A stretch of DNA of 64,000 nt from Octopus vulgaris (lineage: Eukaryota), in contig OX597814.1 of the NCBI GenBank assembly GCA_951406725.2, positions 107,012,001 to 107,076,000 of the forward strand, written 5' to 3'. Shown here piece by piece: positions 1 through 14,090 of this stretch. Both the position numbers and the translations under genes were made by a program. The notes under the pieces were generated by a model. That model saw only the letters and a list, made by a program, of their open reading frames with translations, made no database searches and was not told the DNA's origin. Position 1 is the stretch's first letter. Every line of letters begins with the position of its first letter.

Positions 1-1142
1 AACCTTTTATATCTCCCTAACCCACTGGTTCCCAAAGTGGGCCATACTGCCCCCTTGCGGGTGGTAGAAAGATTCGGTGGGTGGGCCGTTGATTAACAGT
101 GGAATGATAATGTGGTGTCCAAAATGGGGTGAGAGATGTAAAAAAAATATATACATTAATAGTTTAATTAGGGTTAAGTATTATTTGTGAAATAAAATCG
201 TTTTGAATTTGCTCCAGAAAATGTCTGTCAAAATTGATCAAAAAATCAATGGAAATTGCAGTTGTGATACCAGTGCCGGTGACACGTAAAAAGATCCATC
301 CGAACGTGGCCATTGCCTGCGCCACCTCGACTGGCCTCCGTGCCAGTGGCACGTAAAAAGTACCAACCGATCGTGGCCGTTGCCAGCCTCGCCTGGCCCC
401 TGTGCTGGTGGCACATAAAAAAGCACCCACTACACTCACAGAGTGTTTAGCGTTAGGAAGGGCATCCAGCTGTAGGAACACTGCCAGATCAGACTGGTGC
501 CTGGTGCAGCCTCCTGGCTTCCCAGACCCCGGTTGAACCATCCAACCCATGCTAGCAGGGAAAACGGATGTTAAACGATGATGATGATGATGAGTATTAT
601 CACATGCTTTCACTGCACTTCTGAGCACAGCTCTATGTGCTGTGGTTTGTTGTGATTCTCTTACTTTTACTGTATTGAAAGTGTTTTACGTAGGATGTGT
701 GTGGTGCCTTGTAGTGCTATTTTCTCTATGTTATTACTTGTAAGTCGTGGGCTTTTGGTTTTGTATTTGTGGGGTTTTTTTTTACCATATCTCATGAACC
801 TGTTATCATTGGGATTGTTTCTCTCTTCAGCTTCCATATTTACATTATTACTATTAGTGTTACTATGGTTACTAATTTTTTTTTTCCTCTGCTCCTCATA
901 TTCTGGTCATTTTTCTACAATTTCTATGCTTAAATATCAAACCACCCCAACTCCTTGCCTTTTCCATTCCTTTCACTCAATCTAACCGTCGGATCCCGTT
1001 TGCAATGCTATAGCTCTTTGAGTAAGCAAATTCCTTCTTCTCATCCCAATTTAATTCCTCAAAACCAGGATGATTAAAAGGTTCTGCTTGATCCTTCAGC
1101 TCAACTGTAAAGGAGGATCCTAAGATTAAGGTGCATCATTTA

Positions 1143-1515
1143 CTAATCCTATCTGTCTAATTAATCCTGTCTCTCTAATCTTGTATCTCTAATTAATCCT
1201 GACTCTCCAATTAATCCTGATTCTCTAATTAATCCTGATTCTCTAATTAACCTTGACTCTCTAATTAACCTTGACTCTCTAATTAACCTTGACTCTCTAA
1301 TTAACCTTGACTCTCTTGTTAACCTTGTTTCTCTTGTTAACCTTGTTTCTCTCGTTAACTTCGACTCTCTCGTTAACTTCGACTCTCGTTAACCTCGACT
1401 CTCTCGTTAACCTCGACTCTCTCGTTAACCTCGACTCTCTCGTTAACCTCGACTCTCTTGTTAACCTTGACTCTCTCGTTAACCTCGACTCTCTAATTAA
1501 CCTCGTCTGTCTAAC
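1143..1515. repeat. 18-bp minisatellite (TTAACCTYGACTCTCTMR), about 20 copies
   Basis: Direct inspection; accounts for the VNLDSL repeat ORF. Confidence 0.9.
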
Positions 1516-1608
1516 TAATGAAACATGAAATTAGTCCAAAGACAGACAGATTTAATAGACATTTCAGCCTGGCTAATCCCTGGGCCTCGTTTTTTTTTCT
1601 CTTTGCAG

Positions 1609-1770
1609 GACACCATCACTGCCTTGGAAGCCCTCTATCAATACACCCAAGTGGATCCCAATCGAAATGTCTTCAATATGAAACTCGATGTCTGGTCAGT
1701 GGCCAATAACAACTCGAAGCAGCTGGTTTATATGACTCAAAACAACTACACACATATGAGTGTTGTTAAG
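1609..1770 (+). CDS. Mcr: Mcr/CD109-like TEP-family gene, internal exon A (end of TED domain; DTITALEALYQYTQ...SVVK)
   Basis: ttgcAG acceptor, 162 nt, GTgctg donor, phase 0/0; DT..AL.AL motif follows the STQ motif in A2M/TEP proteins. Confidence 0.88.
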
Positions 1771-2105
1771 GTGCTGTGTTTTTACTGGGGGTTTTTTGGG
1801 GTTTTTTTTTAATACTTTTAATCTTCATATAACCTTAATTGTCAGGATGACTCTCCCTGAGAACTACATTAAGGGTGTGCATGTCTGTCGGGTGCTCAGC
1901 CACATGCACGTTAATTTCACAAACAGGCTGAAACCCTCATCGTTGTAACCAAGAGTGTTAGCTTGTGTGTGCATGTGTGTGTGAGATGTAATATGTGCTA
2001 GTGTGTTATACTAGTGTGTGTGTGTGTGTGTGTAATAGATGTAGCATGTTGGTGTGTGTCTCTCTCCATCTAAAAAAGACTAACATCTCTTTCTCTCTCT
2101 TTCAG

Positions 2106-2171
2106 GTTGGACCTCACGTTTACAGTTATGTCAGAGCTCAAATTCTGGGAACGGGACGAGCAATGTTTCAG
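2106..2171 (+). CDS. Mcr: Mcr/CD109-like exon B (VGPHVYSYVRAQILGTGRAMFQ)
   Basis: Polypyrimidine tract + cAG, 66 nt, GTaaaa donor; A.GTG.A..Q motif typical of TEP/A2M. Confidence 0.88.
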
Positions 2172-3727
2172 GTAAAACTTTTTCCTCACCTATTCTCTTT
2201 TTCAGCCTCTCTTCCTTTCTCTCCTCTCTGTCTCTCTCTCTCTCGCTATGTATATATATATATATATATCACCATGACTGACCAGTCTATCAGATGTTAC
2301 TACACATCGCTGGTCACAATGCGCTTCGCATTGTTTTAACCTTCAAATGACACCACCCCGCTGGCTAGGTGAGCAGGCCAACAGAAGAAAGAATGAGAGA
2401 AAGTTGTGGCGAAAGTGTACAGCAGGGATCGCCACCACTCCCTGCCGGTCCCTCGTGTTTTCGCTCAATAAACACTCACAACGCCTGGTCTAGGAATCGA
2501 AGCCATGATACTATGACCGCGAGTCTACTGCCCTAATCACTGGGCCATTGTGCCTCCACACACACACACACCGTATTTGATGGCCTATGGGCGATTGTTC
2601 ACCAATAAATGGCTGGACACATTTTGTAAGCATACATACCATTCTGAGCAAGTTTTGAGCCTACATTGAGTGCATTGGATGCAGGGCGATTTTTAAAGCC
2701 ATTTTGGGGTAAAAAATGGTGCATGTCTACCTGCTGGAAATAACAGTCAAAATTCTTATTTTAATTGCCAAAATACACTGATAATAACTAGTTATCAATG
2801 GTTGATTTCTATAGTTATTATCAGTGTATTTTGGTGATTAAAATAAGAGTTCTGACTGTTATTTCCAGCAGGCAGACATATTTAGTATGTCCTTTGATAA
2901 ATTTTTATATATATCTATCTTTCTATCTCTATCATTCTATCTCTATTTCTCTCTCTCTCTATCAATCTCGATTGATCTATCTGTCTCTGTTTCTCCCTCT
3001 CTTTTTAAATATCAGTTCTGTGGAAATGAGAAAAATATTCAAATAAAATATTTTTATTTTCTTTCTTTTTTGCCAGTGTGGATGGTGTGTAATGATAGAC
3101 ATAAACCCCAATTTGAGGGAGTAAATAGCAACTAGAATCTTGAATAAAAGACACGATGGGACTTGAATTGATCTGATTTAAAGGTGGTGGGGTAGAAGTT
3201 GGACCCTGGACTTTTGTAGTGTGATCTTGAAACAAGAATGGTATAGTTGCAGGCATAGTTGTGTGGTAAGAAGTTAGAATCGTTAGTACACTGGGCGAAA
3301 TGCTTAGCGGTATTTTGTCTGCCGTTACGTTCTGAGTTCAAATTCCGCCGAGGTCAACTTTGCTTTTCATCCTTTCAGGGTCAATTAAATAAATACCAGT
3401 TACGCACTGGGGTCGATATAATCGATTTAATCCCTTTGTCAGTCCTAGATGTCCCCTCTATGTTTAGCCCCTTGTGGGCAGTAAAGAAATGAGAAGTTAG
3501 CTTCTTATACACACGGTTCCGAATTCAGTCCTACTACATGGCAGATTGAGCAAATGTCTTCTACTATATCCTTGTGAGTGGATTTGGTAGTCAGAAACTA
3601 GAAGTCTGTTGTGTGTGTGTGTGTTTTTCAGTCATTGCTGTCTGAACCCATCCATTGGCAGATATAAACAAAAAACAAAAAAAAACTAATATTTTACACA
3701 AATTCTAATGATGATCTCTTTAAATAG

Positions 3728-3864
3728 CTGACCAGTACAGTTAATGTAGAGTACTCACATCAGCTGAAGCAGAGCCCAGAAAGTGACATATATGATATAA
3801 AGATTGCCCAAATAAAGTTCACTGGTCGAAATGATTCCATCATGGACATGAAGATCTGTGTAAG
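3728..3864 (+). CDS. Mcr: Mcr/CD109-like exon C (LTSTVNVEYSHQLK...GRNDSIMDMKICV)
   Basis: tAG acceptor, 137 nt, GTcagt donor; phase-2 end matches exon D. Confidence 0.85.
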
Positions 3865-4809
3865 GTCAGTGATATTTACCATTTATTTTTCACTGTTTCC
3901 CTCACTTCCCAGTTTACCATCTCTTACTCTTCATTATATTAATCCTTTCATCCATTCTCTGTCTCTAATCATGTTCCTCACTCACTTCATCAAGCCATGT
4001 GAGGAGGGTGTGTGTGTCATTGCTGCATTCTCCATTTGTCAGTATATTCCTCCTGGGTCCTTCCAGTTAACCCGTCAAGCAGAGTCCCTGTCAATCCCCA
4101 CTGCCATGAGATATTTCCGCATCTGTTGTGGCCATGGAGCATAAGGTCGACTCATATGAGCCTTCAACCCAGCTGGATCCTCAGTGAAGAGAGAACACGG
4201 TAAGCAGAGTCTAACTTGGAACATCATGCCACAAGACCAAACAATCTGAACTGGAACCCCTAAATCCTACAAGTAACTGGACACATCTCAGTTTCTGAAA
4301 CTAGGATTACAGACTGAGATTTTACTTACGGTATATCAATTTTTGCTGAGTCTCTGGGTATTTTAAGAGGCCCTTTCCTTTCACTGACCAAACAGAACCA
4401 TTAGGCTTTAGAGTCTCCTGGATCAAGACAAAAAGATTCAGTCTTTTGTTGGCTTCTTGAAGGATTCCGCTTCATCGGTCTCTGTTGTGGGTAACAATGT
4501 TGAAGTTGTTAACCATTTTGCTTATCTCTGCCGTGAGATTTTTAGCAGCATTATGCATGAGTCTGAAGTCCTGAAAAAGACTCGGGCTAACTGGTACCTA
4601 TTGTAACCTCAGTGGACACCTTGCGACTACTGTATTTTATCTCTTTCTAGTTTGTGTATGTTACTTTGAGTCTAGTTGGCCACCATGCATCTTGCTTGCC
4701 TTTCTGCCATCTCTCTCAAGCACTGCCACCCAACAATGTGATGAAGTGTGGGGTGGCCATGAATTTTCTCCACAACACCAAACCTGTTCCAATCCCTTCT
4801 ATTATACTT

Positions 4810-5106
4810 TGTCTTGATACCCCACATAAAGGGACCACCCTCCCCCATTATTTGTACCCCATATAAAGGACCACCCTCTCCTATTCTTGATACCCCACAT
4901 AAAGGAACCACCCTCTCCTATTCTTGATACCCCACATAAAGGGACCACCCTCTCCTATTCTTGATGCCCCACATAAAGGGACCGCCTTCTCTTATTCTTG
5001 ATACCCCACATAAAGGGACCACCCTCTCCTATTCTTGATACCCCACATAAAGGGACTATCTCCTATTCTTGATACCCCACATAAAGGGACCGCCCTCTCC
5101 TATTCT
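4810..5106. repeat. 37-bp minisatellite (CTTGATACCCCACATAAAGGGACCACCCTCTCCTATT), about 8 copies
   Basis: Unit starts at 4886, 4923 and 4960. Confidence 0.9.
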
Positions 5107-5946
5107 CCTTCTTCCAGTCAAAGAAACACCCATCATCATCATTTAACATCTATTTTCCATGCTGGCATAGGTTTGATGGTTTGACAGGAGCTGGCAAGGC
5201 TGGAGGGCTCCACCAGGCTCCAGTTATCTGTTTTGACTTGGTTTCTATGGCTGGATGCCCCTCCTATTGCCAACCATTTCAGTGTTTTTTATGAGGGGGC
5301 CAGTGCTTTATATGAGGCACCCACACCAGTGCTTTGTTTGTGGCACCAGCACCAACAGCGTCACCGAGTACCTTGCAAGACCCCCCCCCCCAACTGGGAA
5401 TGAGGGGAGTAATATTGAGGAGCTGTGGCTTTGTGCTAGTTGAGAGATTTAAGGTATAGTGGGGACAGGTATAGGTGTCTTGCTGTAGATAGATGGAGAC
5501 ATACATTTTACGAATCCATTCCTAAGTGGAACAATGAAAATATGCAAGGCTTTTCTAAAATGCAGCATATATCACTTAGCTGTTGTTATCTCACTTCCAG
5601 TTATGACATTCGGTTTCTGAGTTAGAAAGTAGCTTCTTGTGTCTTGGGAGGGTCATTACACCAATGATGATAACACATGCACTGGCTCATTATCACTTTA
5701 TTGTTAGTCAACCAACTGACTAACAATAAGGAAGTGATTTTGAACCAGTGATTGTGTTTATTGGTGTTGTGACCCTCCCTAGATACAACAAAAGCTGCTT
5801 CAACACAAATTCACATAAAAAATCTTACAAACCAAATACAAAAAATGGAGTAGCTTCTTTACTGAAAAATTTCAAAGAATTCAACCAAAAATATGCACAA
5901 ACACCCAATTATTCATGGTTTAATTAAAAGAAAAATTCTTTTGCAG

Positions 5947-6121
5947 CTGGAAATTTACAACCTGGTCATTGGTTTCAGGGATGTCCGTTTTGGAAGTTGA
6001 CATTCCTACTGGATATGTGATATTAAACTCAACCCTTAGACAATACGTACAAAGCGGTGTTGTACCAAACCTTATACGAGCAGAAAGTTACAATCGTAAA
6101 ATTGTATACTACTTCGATTCG
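5947..6121 (+). CDS. Mcr: Mcr/CD109-like exon D, A2M receptor-binding (MG8) domain (SGMSVLEVDIPTGY...VYYFDS)
   Basis: ttgcAG acceptor, 175 nt, GTaaga donor; SGM.VLEV.IPTGY signature. Confidence 0.93.
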
Positions 6122-7457
6122 GTAAGATAAGAGTTTTAAAATTTTTTATTTCTGTTCTCTCTGTTATCAGAAAGATGCTTCAGGTTTCATGCACAGTGTG
6201 GAACTAGCAATAATGGTAAGGAAATAGTTGGGAAAACTGCCGAATCACAAAAACTATTCTTTTTGCGAAGACCAGTTGAGGCAAGTGAAATCAAAGTCGA
6301 AATCAAACTCGGTGACTGGCATCCGTTGCTAGTGGAGTGCTTAAGAGTACCATATGAGTGAGATCGTTGCCAGAGCAACAAGCTGGCTTTCTTGCCGATG
6401 GCACGTTAAACACACCATTTGAGCGTGATCGCTACCACGTCACCTTACTAGCACTTGTGCTGGTGGCACGTGAGACATTCGAGCGAGGTCGTCGCCAGTG
6501 CTGTTGGACTGGGTCCTGTGCAGGTGCCACATAAAAAGCAGCATTTGGGTGTGGCCGTTGCCAGTACCACCAAACTGACCCTCGTGCCAGTGGCATGTAA
6601 AAGCACCCACTACACTCTCGGAGTGGTTGGTGTTAGGAAGGGCATCCAGCTGCAGAAACTCTGCCAGATCAGATTGGAGTCTGGTTCACCAGACCTCAGA
6701 CAAATCGTCCAACCCATGCTAGCATGGAAAGCAGACATTAAATAATGATGATGAAAACAGGGACAATAAAATGGTTTGGTCCCATGAAACCATGAGATGT
6801 TGTCTTTAATGAATATATTCATGACTTAGGGAACTCCAGATTAAAAGAAAGAAAAAAGGATAGTTATATAGGATCAGGCCTGACTATGTGGTGAGAAGTT
6901 TATTTCCCAACCATCTGGTTCCAGATTCAGTCTCACCCCATAACACCTTGGGCAAGTGTGTTCTATTATAGATTCAAGCTAACCAAAGCCTTGTGAGTGG
7001 ACTTGGTAGACAGAAACTGAAAGAAGCCTGTTATGTGTGTGTGTGTATCTTTGTGTTTATCTCCTACCAGTGCTGGTGTGTCCCCATAACTTAGCAGTTT
7101 GGCAAAAGCAATTAATAGAATAACGGCTTACAAAAAGTAAACATTGGTGTCAATTTGTTTGGCTAAAAAATTCTTTGAAAATGGTGTCCCAGCATGGCCA
7201 CAATCTAATGACTGAAACAAATAAGATACGAAGTTTGGGTTTGAACCCAGACACTCTGCTTTATAGTGAAGAGTGTGTTTTTGTTTTTTTGTTTTCTCCA
7301 TAACTACAATAATACTAAACTTAAATAGATTTGAACCCTCACTCTGTATTTTACACTCCTCAATTATTGGGAAACTACAAGATTAAAGCATGATGTGAAT
7401 GAGACAACAAAGGCTGAGACCATTCATTTAACAAACCTTTTCTTTCCTGTTTTGCAG

Positions 7458-7563
7458 CTTGACCAGAGCTCCTCTTGTGTAGACTTCCGAGCCAATCGTT
7501 GGTACCCTGTTGCTAATGCTACCATACAGCACAGGATTCGTGTCTATGACTACTATGAACCAG
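7458..7563 (+). CDS. Mcr: Mcr/CD109-like exon E (LDQSSSCVDFRANRWYPVANATIQHRIRVYDYYEP)
   Basis: ttgcAG acceptor, 106 nt, GTaaaa donor; VYDYYEP A2M motif and RWYPVAN motif of the Mcr subfamily. Confidence 0.93.
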
Positions 7564-8645
7564 GTAAAACCATCATCGTCGTCATATCATTATCATCATT
7601 ATTATCATCATCATCATCATCATCGTCATTATCATCGTCATCATCGTCATTATCATTATCATCATTATCATTGTCATTAATACCATCATCAGTCATCCGT
7701 CTTCATCTCTGTCATCATCATCTTTGTGTCCATCGTCATTATTGTCGTCCGTCATCATTATCGTCAAGGTATGAGCTGGCAGAATTGTTACCATGCTGGA
7801 AAAAAATACTTACCAACAATTCTTCCAACTTTATTTTCTGAGTTCAAATGCTACCAGGTTTGACTTTGTTTTTCATCCTTTTGGGGTTGACAAAGTAAGT
7901 ACCAGTTGAACACTGGGGTTCGATGTAATCGAATTATCCCCTCTCTCAAAATTGCTGGTGCTGTGCCAAAATTTAAAACCAATGTCATCATCATCATCAT
8001 CTCTTTTGTTTTTCACTCCAATGCTTGTGTCAGGTCTATGGCACCTGTGCCAGTGGCACACAGAAAACACCCACTACATTCTTGGAGTGGTTGGCATTAG
8101 GAAGGGCATCCAGCTGTAGAAACCATATCAAATCAGATTGGAACCTGGTGCAGCTCCCTGGCTTAACAATTTTCAGTCAAACCATGTAACCCATGCCAGC
8201 ATGGAAAGCAGATGCTAAATGAAGATGATGATGATTATTTTTTTCTATATCTCTTTGGTTACGAATGTATTGTTACAGCAATTGTCTTTACAGCTGTTTC
8301 GTTGTCAGACACTTTACTGTTGTACATTTCACAGCAATACATTACCATACCACACTACTCACTATCCTCACACAATGTTTGATTCCCACTAATTTCTTAC
8401 TATTAACCTCTCAAAATGGTAACTCAGCAGATTTTTCGGGCATCAAACAAAACACCCTGGACTGCAACTGATTTCAGTGTCCATCAACTAATTCTACATC
8501 TGCTATGTCCAAAAGCACTAGAATACTTATCCAGTAATAATACATGTCAAGTTGCAATTTGATGAGAATAATGCTTTTATAAGCAAATTTTGAAGATGTC
8601 TAATGCCCCATTCTTCTTTATGATGTCTTGATATTTTATACTCTA

Positions 8646-9200
8646 TCATCATCATCATTGTTCAACCGTGGTCAAGACAATGGATATTTACTATGTTACG
8701 CCAGACCTCACGGTCCATCATAGCATTGCTGATGTCCTGTTGCTGGATGCCTGTATCCCTGGAGATTACATCAGGGTAGGAGAGTGTGCAGCCTCTGGTA
8801 TCATGAGCAGATGGCTTCCAGAGGAGAAGAGTAGAAATTACCTCGTTTTCAGCTCTACAACAATGTCCAGCAAACTGGACTCTTCTACCTTTCACAAGAG
8901 ATGATACAGGTGGTAATTTCTCATTTATTTGTACTTTGGTTGGATGACGCTTCCACAGAGATTTTGAACTCTCATAAGGAGGTGAGTATAAGTTCCATCC
9001 AATCACCTCTCAAGCTTCTTTGATAACGTCCAGGTTTCTGAGCCATATAGTAGAATTGGTTCGACTGTGGCTTTGAAGATTTTAAGTTTGAAATCTCTAC
9101 TTAGATTTGATGACCAGATCTTATGCATATCATTACAGGCTGCCCAGGCCATATCCTTTCTGGTTAGAAAATCTTTTTCAGATGATGATATACTCTGTCT
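8646..9200 (-). mobile_element. RTE-clade LINE 3' fragment
   Basis: ILLYGSETWTLSKKLE and RRVQFAGHC...LLLWKPS motifs; (GAT)n tail; sister copy at 20888-21372. Confidence 0.82.
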
Positions 9201-10262
9201 GCTGTATGAAATCCAATGAAACAAACTGAGGATTTACCTGTCAAGTGAAGTACACTGTAGTTGTTCTATCATTCAGTGTGGGTAGCCAGATCTGGATTGT
9301 ATCAGAGTGCTAAGAAGATACCTGCCAGGATTCCCAATCCCTATTTCTTTGTTATGGTGACTGTCTAATCCTTATGCAAAGTCTGACCAACTCTTAGATC
9401 TATCTTGGTGTCTGATGGGGCTTTCTAAACCAGACAATGTTCTGAAAAGACACCCACATAGATTGCACATCCGATTTGGACCACCATGAGATGCAGTTAA
9501 GTTCTGATCTTTGTGGATCTTAAAATGTCTTTTGAGGCCTCTGTTAGATTTGCAGACCTTCTGGCATACATGACATAGGAAGGTGTGCACTGATATGTTA
9601 TATATTTTGAAGTATATAATTATAAAATTATAATTAAGGGTGCTGGAATGCCAGCTCTTATCATCATCATCATCATCATCGTTTAACATCCACTTTCCTT
9701 ACTAGCATGGGTTGGACGATTTGACTGAGGACTGGCAAACCAGATGGCTGCACCAGGCTCCAATCTTGATCTGGCAGAGTTTCTACAGCTGGATGCCCTT
9801 CCTAACGCCAACCACTCTGAGAGTGTAGTGGGTGCTTTTTACGTGCTACGGGTACAGGGGCCAGTCAGGCAGTACTGGCAACGACCTCGCTCGAATCTTT
9901 TTACACATGCCACTGGCACAGGTGCCAGTAAGGCGACGTTGGTAATGATCACGCTCGAATGGTGCCCTTTTATGTGCCACGGCAGGGGGGCCAGTCAGGC
10001 GGTACTGGCAATGACCTTGCTCAAATCTTTTTACACATGCCACCGGCACGGAAACCAGTTGGATACTCTGGCAACGATCACGCTTGGATGGTGCTCCTAA
10101 AATTTTCGTTGCTTCTTGCAACCTTTTCAAAATGACTTTTCCCCCAGACACAACAGAACATTCTTCAACACAGGAACTCATATAAAGATTCTTGCAAACC
10201 AAATCCAAAAACGAAATACGTAAATAGAGAATCTATTTCCGAATTTGTTTTTCTCTTTTCAG

Positions 10263-10450
10263 GGCTTTACCGAACAACTTTGTACATCACCAACAACCTG
10301 TTCCAACTGAATATTTGTTATGTGTGTGGTTCCTTCCAGTGTCCTTACTGCCCTCAGTTCAACACAGCAAACATCATCAAGTGTACGATCACCATCTTCT
10401 GCCTTCTCCTTACTATGTTCCTACAACGCTACATGTTGCGGACATCTTGA
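10263..10450 (+). CDS. Mcr: Mcr/CD109-like terminal coding exon (LYRTTLY...NICYVCGSFQCPYCPQFN + hydrophobic tail, TGA)
   Basis: tttcAG acceptor, phase 1 matches exon E; NICxVCGSxQCPYC is the Mcr-type C-terminal Cys cluster, followed by a hydrophobic segment (IIKCTITIFCLLLTMFL); stop 10448-10450. Confidence 0.9.
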
Positions 10451-11009
10451 AACATTTAATAATGTCCTTCAACTTTAATACACACATCCACATACACACA
10501 AGTAAATAGAAATGGTAAACAAAGGAGAGAATATATTATTTTCCCATTGATTTAGTAATCTTTTGTAAAAACCAAAAATAAAAAACCTGTAATTTTAAAT
10601 ATGTGAGGCACTTTCATATCTGTGTGTGTGTGTGACTATGTGATTTGTGTGGATAAAATTGTGTATACATAAAATATGTAGAAATCGTGTGTGTGTGTTA
10701 GCTTATATACATTCAAATCATACTTTTATATATTTACACACACACACACACACATGTATAGCGTGCGTGTACAGTGTACTTGGTATGCCTACCTCAAAAG
10801 AATTATTTGTAATCAGAGAATAACAATTCTATTGTGGATATTCATATGTGTGTGTGTGTGGCATTCAGTGCATTTGGTTTTAGAGTTCTATGTATTTAAT
10901 AAGTCCGACTCGGTTCCACATTGGTAAGCATAGGATACGTCTATCTAATGTTCTGCACCTATGAAACTAATAGTCAGAACTGTCATTAAATAACACACAC
11001 ACATGCATT

Positions 11010-11048
<39 letters not shown>

Positions 11049-13705
11049 TTTCTGGAGATGTTTTATTTTCATCTTTTTAACCATTTCTTTGATGCTTTAT
11101 ATATATATATATATAATTCCATATGTATATATAACTTTGGAGTAATATTTCAGTCTCATCAGATTAATAAATTTAGTCAGTCTTGGGTCTGTAGAAAATT
11201 AAAAAAAGAAAGAAATTCTTCCTGCATTTTACATTGTTCTTACATTTCATAGATTTGATAATTACTTTGTTTTGATAGAAAAAAAAAAAATCTTATTTCA
11301 GTTTAAGAAGAAAATTCCATTCATTGGATTATTTTTTTCTTTGTTTATATGGTATTGTGAAGCTATGAGGTTGGTGAGGGGGCACAAAGACATAGACAGG
11401 ATCATCTAAATGATTAGGATTATTGTAATTAATCTAATGTATTGCAAAATTATTCTCTGTATATTTTAGAATCAGATGCTAACTTGCAAAACACACACAC
11501 ACACACATGGATTTGCACATTTTAACTTTCTTTGGGTACTGATCTGCCCGAGAGCTCTTGTGATCTAAATTAAAACTTCCCATAAAAATTTCATGTTAAT
11601 TCACATTCCAAACATAGATTAACAATGACAAATTTTATTAAACCTTTCCTGATTTATCAAGATTATTTGAAACAAACACAGTAGATATCATTACTATCAT
11701 GGTAACAAATAGACCAACATGGAAAATTTGGTTTTTCTTTTTCCTGCTAAATTGTCTGTGTTTGTATTCCTCATGGCTTCATTTGATGAAATCTCCAATT
11801 TTTAGTTTTGAGACTTCTGGATTTGAACCATTCATACATAAACTATTTCCATGTTACTTTTTTTTTTTTCTAAGAGTCACCAATATGAACTCTGCCTTCT
11901 TTTTATTACGCTCTTTACAATGTTGTAACAAATCACCAAACTGCACATATTTGTCGATGTATATGCTTTTTTGGTGGTTTAATTTAATTTTTAATGGTAA
12001 AACATGTTTTCTTTATTTGTTCTTTTTTGAATTTGTACAGAAAAATATTTTCAAAAGAATTATTTTTTCAATTGTAGCGAAATTTTAAGTCTATCAAAAA
12101 TATATTGAATGTATATTGTCTTAATCACAGAGCAAACTTATTGAATATTGATTTGCAATTTATTGAAACGATAATCACTAGCGAATTATAACACATGAAC
12201 ACACATTGGGATGTACCACATGAAATCGTATTTCCATGTACCACATGAAATTTATTTTTAAAGAAAAATATAAATTGGATTAAACAAATTTATTTTTTAA
12301 AATAGGCTCCATTATGTTTGGTTTTTCTTGTCTTTTTTTGCCATTTTGATGTTAAATTAGATATTTGTACTTAAAAAGATGTAAACTGTTTGTCTTTAGG
12401 GTCTCTGAACTGCTCAAATACTTTGGGATTCACAAATCTTTTATTATACGTCTTCAGTTCAAAGATGGCAGTTAGTTGATTAGTGCAGAAAATTTTCTGT
12501 AACGATGCTCTGATAATATTTTTTGTATCAGTGTGTGAACAAACATTGCTAAGCACCAGAATTGGTCCATCTCTGTTAACTAGAATTGGCTGTTTTCATT
12601 TCTGTTTTTCATGCAAAAAAGTTAATTTCTGGTAGTAGGAGGTTACAGTAATCAATTCCCCTTTGTTGCCCTGGCTCCCAAAAAAGAGATCAAGAATTAT
12701 TGCTGTTCGTAAACCTTAATACTGTCACCACAAACTTATTTTGGACAACTCCTGTTCATCATCACTGCATTCACTTCTATCTCTGACCTTCTCTTATTAT
12801 GAAATTACTCGCCCTCCATCATCATTTAATGCCCATTTTCCATGCCATCATGGGTTGAAAAGTTTGACTGTCAAGGCCAGGAGCCACACCAGGTTTCATT
12901 GGCTGTTTTGACATGGTTTCTCCAACTGTATGCCCTTCCTATCACCAACCACATTACAGAGTGGACAGGGTGTGCTGTTTATGTGGTACCAACATCAGTG
13001 TTTATGTGGCATCATCAACAGTTCTCTTCTTAATTAGTCTTTATTTATGATAGACTTTGTTTTCTCTGATGGCTGGATCCCCCTAAAATTGCTGAATATG
13101 CCATTGGTATAATCTCAAAGTTAAGTCTTTTGATATCAAACTGCTTGGCACTGACCCTCATTCTGTGAGAGACAACCTTTTATAATTAACCAAATAATTA
13201 AAACCTTCCTTCATTATGACAAACTTGGTTCACTAAATTCTTTATTATTTTCAAAGTTAATTGAAACAAAAAAAAAATGTATTTTAATAGAAACATCTCA
13301 GGCAAAGGATTAGAACAGTTGTCTCCAAAATGCCAAATCAAATGTTTTTGGACCATCAGTTGCCTTATATCCTAATTTGGTGTTGGATGAAAAAATACCC
13401 AGAAGCTGTTTGTTCAGGCACCAAATTATTGATGATTCTAAAACAAATACAATCAACGTCTATGAGTTAAGTCCTGCCTGAAGCATGAAGCCAAATGAAT
13501 TTAAAAGTTAGCCATAGATTAATCCAATAACTACTTTCTTTAATATGTATAATAATGATAATAATAATAAAACCATTGCTTTTGAAATTTTTGGTGGTGA
13601 AAATTACATTCATGTGGTATAGTTTAATACATGTGTGTGTGTATATATATATGTATATATATATACATATATATGTATATATATATGTATATATATATGT
13701 ATATA

Positions 13706-13750
<45 letters not shown>

Positions 13751-14090
13751 AAAAATGTGTATGCATGTATATTTGTGTGTGTAAATGTATATATATAGAT
13801 GTATATATGTAGTTGAAATTTCTTATTTTTGCTTTTTTTGTATATTTTACCCACTTATTTGTTTAGAAATTTAATTATATTCATGCACACACATACATAC
13901 CCCTATACAGACACTTGCAAACACATGCCAAGGTACCCTTTGTTAACTATTCTGTTCATTGATATATAAACACATATGTACTGAAAGTATGAAAATATAT
14001 TTTTTTCTATTTTTATAGAATTTGGCTATTATTTTGTACATTTTGTTGAAATTAATACAATTTTTGTAATAAAATAAAATATAAAAATAT
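10451..14090 (+). other. Putative long 3' UTR of the Mcr-like gene
   Basis: AT-rich, mostly interspersed-repeat-poor stretch after the stop; AATAAA cluster at about 14068-14080; earlier AATAAA sites also exist, so the end is uncertain. Confidence 0.35.

Noticed and set aside
4810-5106. 37-bp repeats resembling a CRISPR array
   Set aside because: Head-to-tail units without spacers, eukaryotic intron, no cas genes
9372-9689. ORF with C2H2-like motifs (CHVCQKVC...LKRHFKIH)
   Set aside because: Second finger degenerate, no TGEKP linkers, embedded among RTE fragments in an intron; more likely a LINE C-terminal zinc finger than a ZNF gene
13467-13854. YI/IY-rich ORFs (and similar THTH, VCVC, poly-S and poly-D ORFs elsewhere)
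   Set aside because: Translations of (TA)n, (CA)n and (CAT)n microsatellites
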